Below are positions 62,795 to 64,000 of a stretch of 64,000 bases of DNA, in pieces. This DNA comes from Candidatus Sericytochromatia bacterium (GTDB taxonomy: Bacteria; Cyanobacteriota; Sericytochromatia; UBA7694). The translations under genes were made by a program, and so were the position numbers. The notes under the pieces are model-generated. The model made no database searches. It was not told where the DNA came from and worked only from the letters and a program-made list of their open reading frames with translations. The stretch is taken from assembly GCA_964229355.1 (NCBI GenBank), contig CAXRDE010000005.1, positions 101,131 through 165,130 of the forward strand, read 5' to 3'. Each line of letters begins with the position of its first letter. Position 1 is the stretch's first letter.

Positions 62795-64000
62795 TTATTT
62801 ACGCCAGAAGTCAGGTACCAGCAGCACAAAGGCCGTGTAAATCTCCAGGCGACCCAGTAACATACAAAAAATTAGCACCCACTTGGCCATCACAGGCAGG
62901 GCCTCAAAGTTGTGGCCCGGTCCCACCAGGTTTATACCTGGGCCCACATTGCTAATCGAGGTCAACACGGCCGAGATCGATGTGCCAAAATCGATACCCA
63001 TGGCGGTGAGCGAAAGGGTGCCCGCCACCAGTAAAAAGCTCATAATGGTAAAGAAAGCCAGCACCGCCCGCAGGACATCCCGAGAAACGGGATACCCACC
63101 CAATTTAATGGAAATCACGGCCCGGGGGTGAATAATGGTCAGAAGCTCGCGCCAGGCATATTTAAAGAGGATCACCAGGCGAATCAATTTGGCTCCACCG
63201 GCCGTAGAACCAGCCATGCCGCCACCGATCATCAGGGTCAATAGTAGGGTTTGTGAGAACACCGGCCAGCTTTCCCAGTTTTGACTGCTAAATCCTGTGG
63301 TGGTGGCAATACTCACAATTTGAAACAAGGCGTGACGCACCGCTTCTGACACGTGGGTATAAATCCCTTCATGCAGCAGGTTACCGGTCATCAATCCCAG
63401 CACCACCAAAATGACCACCCCATACACTCTAAATTCCTGGTCAGACCAAATTTCACGTAGCTTACCCTGAAACAGCTTGTAAATCAGCACAAAATTGACC
63501 CCGCCCATGAACATAAAGGCCGTGATCACGTAATCCACGTACGCACTGTGATAATCCTCTACGCTGGCAGCCATGGGAGAAAAACCGCCGGTAGAAAGGG
63601 TTGAAAAGGCATGACACAGGGCGTCAAAAGGGCTCATTTTGTAGCACAAGAGAAAAAACTCAGCCAGGGTCAACAGCACATACAGCAACCAGAGCGACTT
63701 GGCGGTATCACTAATTCGGGGGGTGAGTTTATCCACAGAAATCCCGGGGACCTCTGCCTTAAACAGCTGCATACCGCCCACCCCCAATAAGGGCAAAATC
63801 GCAATGGAAAGCAGAATAATGCCCATGCCGCCCAGCCACTGGCTTTCACTGCGCCACATCAAAATACTTTTCGATAACCCGGGAATATCGTTGACCACAC
63901 TGGCACCGGTGGTGGTCAAGCCTGACATGGCTTCAAAATAACTATTGGTAAATACTTCAAACCAGGCCCATGGGCCTGTAGCTACAAAACTCTGTGTCAA
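62795..64000 (-). CDS. TrkH/KtrB-family potassium transporter, N-terminus beyond the window edge
   Basis: Repeated M-P-M pore-loop pattern and GGxxGS/T-like selectivity segments (TTTGFS, TLSTGGFS, TTGASV). The apparent M at 64000 is only the frame at the window boundary. Confidence 0.7.
   Translation of the reverse strand: MTQSFVATGPWAWFEVFTNSYFEAMSGLTTTGASVVNDIPGLSKSILMWRSESQWLGGMGIILLSIAILPLLGVGGMQLFKAEVPGISVDKLTPRISDTAKSLWLLYVLLTLAEFFLLCYKMSPFDALCHAFSTLSTGGFSPMAASVEDYHSAYVDYVITAFMFMGGVNFVLIYKLFQGKLREIWSDQEFRVYGVVILVVLGLMTGNLLHEGIYTHVSEAVRHALFQIVSIATTTGFSSQNWESWPVFSQTLLLTLMIGGGMAGSTAGGAKLIRLVILFKYAWRELLTIIHPRAVISIKLGGYPVSRDVLRAVLAFFTIMSFLLVAGTLSLTAMGIDFGTSISAVLTSISNVGPGINLVGPGHNFEALPVMAKWVLIFCMLLGRLEIYTAFVLLVPDFWRK

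Noticed and set aside
1-64000. Search for CRISPR arrays, IS elements, integrases, phage genes
   Set aside because: I found no direct-repeat/spacer arrays and no transposase/integrase/recombinase-like ORFs. The tRNA pair is not followed by an integrase, so there is no evidence that this window is a mobile island.

Overview
Bacterial chromosomal segment of about 55% GC, densely coding, with about 65 genes. I recognise no transposase, integrase or CRISPR array, and both tRNA genes lack an encoded CCA. Housekeeping genes I recognise: gatB, fabD, hemA-hemC-asd-lptF/G-rfbC (minus-strand operon), rfbB, ugd plus UDP-glucuronate decarboxylase, gloA, glpD, grxC, sfsA, recJ-apt-relA/spoT, PBP1A, fprA, methylmalonyl-CoA epimerase, a Ser/Thr kinase, tRNA-Phe and tRNA-Leu. 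Three regions look accessory or novel. (1) Positions 1-7216: a tightly coupled, oxygenase-rich locus with two Rieske oxygenases, a 2Fe-2S ferredoxin, a fatty-acid-hydroxylase/sterol-desaturase family enzyme, two ferritin-like diiron proteins, a hexapeptide acyltransferase, a GH3-like amido-synthetase fragment and a possible GNAT-like acyltransferase. It looks like an uncharacterised lipid or amino-lipid tailoring cluster. (2) Positions 38485-46681: a five-gene minus-strand operon in which a stand-alone MshEN-type c-di-GMP-binding mini-protein is translationally coupled (TAATG) to an SNF2 helicase and its SWIM zinc-finger partner. A secreted Reg_prop/Y_Y_Y propeller protein and a secreted SpoIVB-like serine peptidase lie immediately upstream. 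This is the best candidate for an undescribed system. (3) An orphan, unusually long and acidic FliH-like protein is coupled to a FliI/SctN type III ATPase with no other flagellar or injectisome genes in view. Other points: tandem paralogous Gly/Ala-zipper proteins with duplicated upstream motifs; a recurring TTAAGCAAnyTTTA motif upstream of three genes; a promoter-to-terminator unit (candidate sRNA or long leader) between fprA and a PhaR-like gene; and a RecJ with a roughly 250-aa C-terminal extension.
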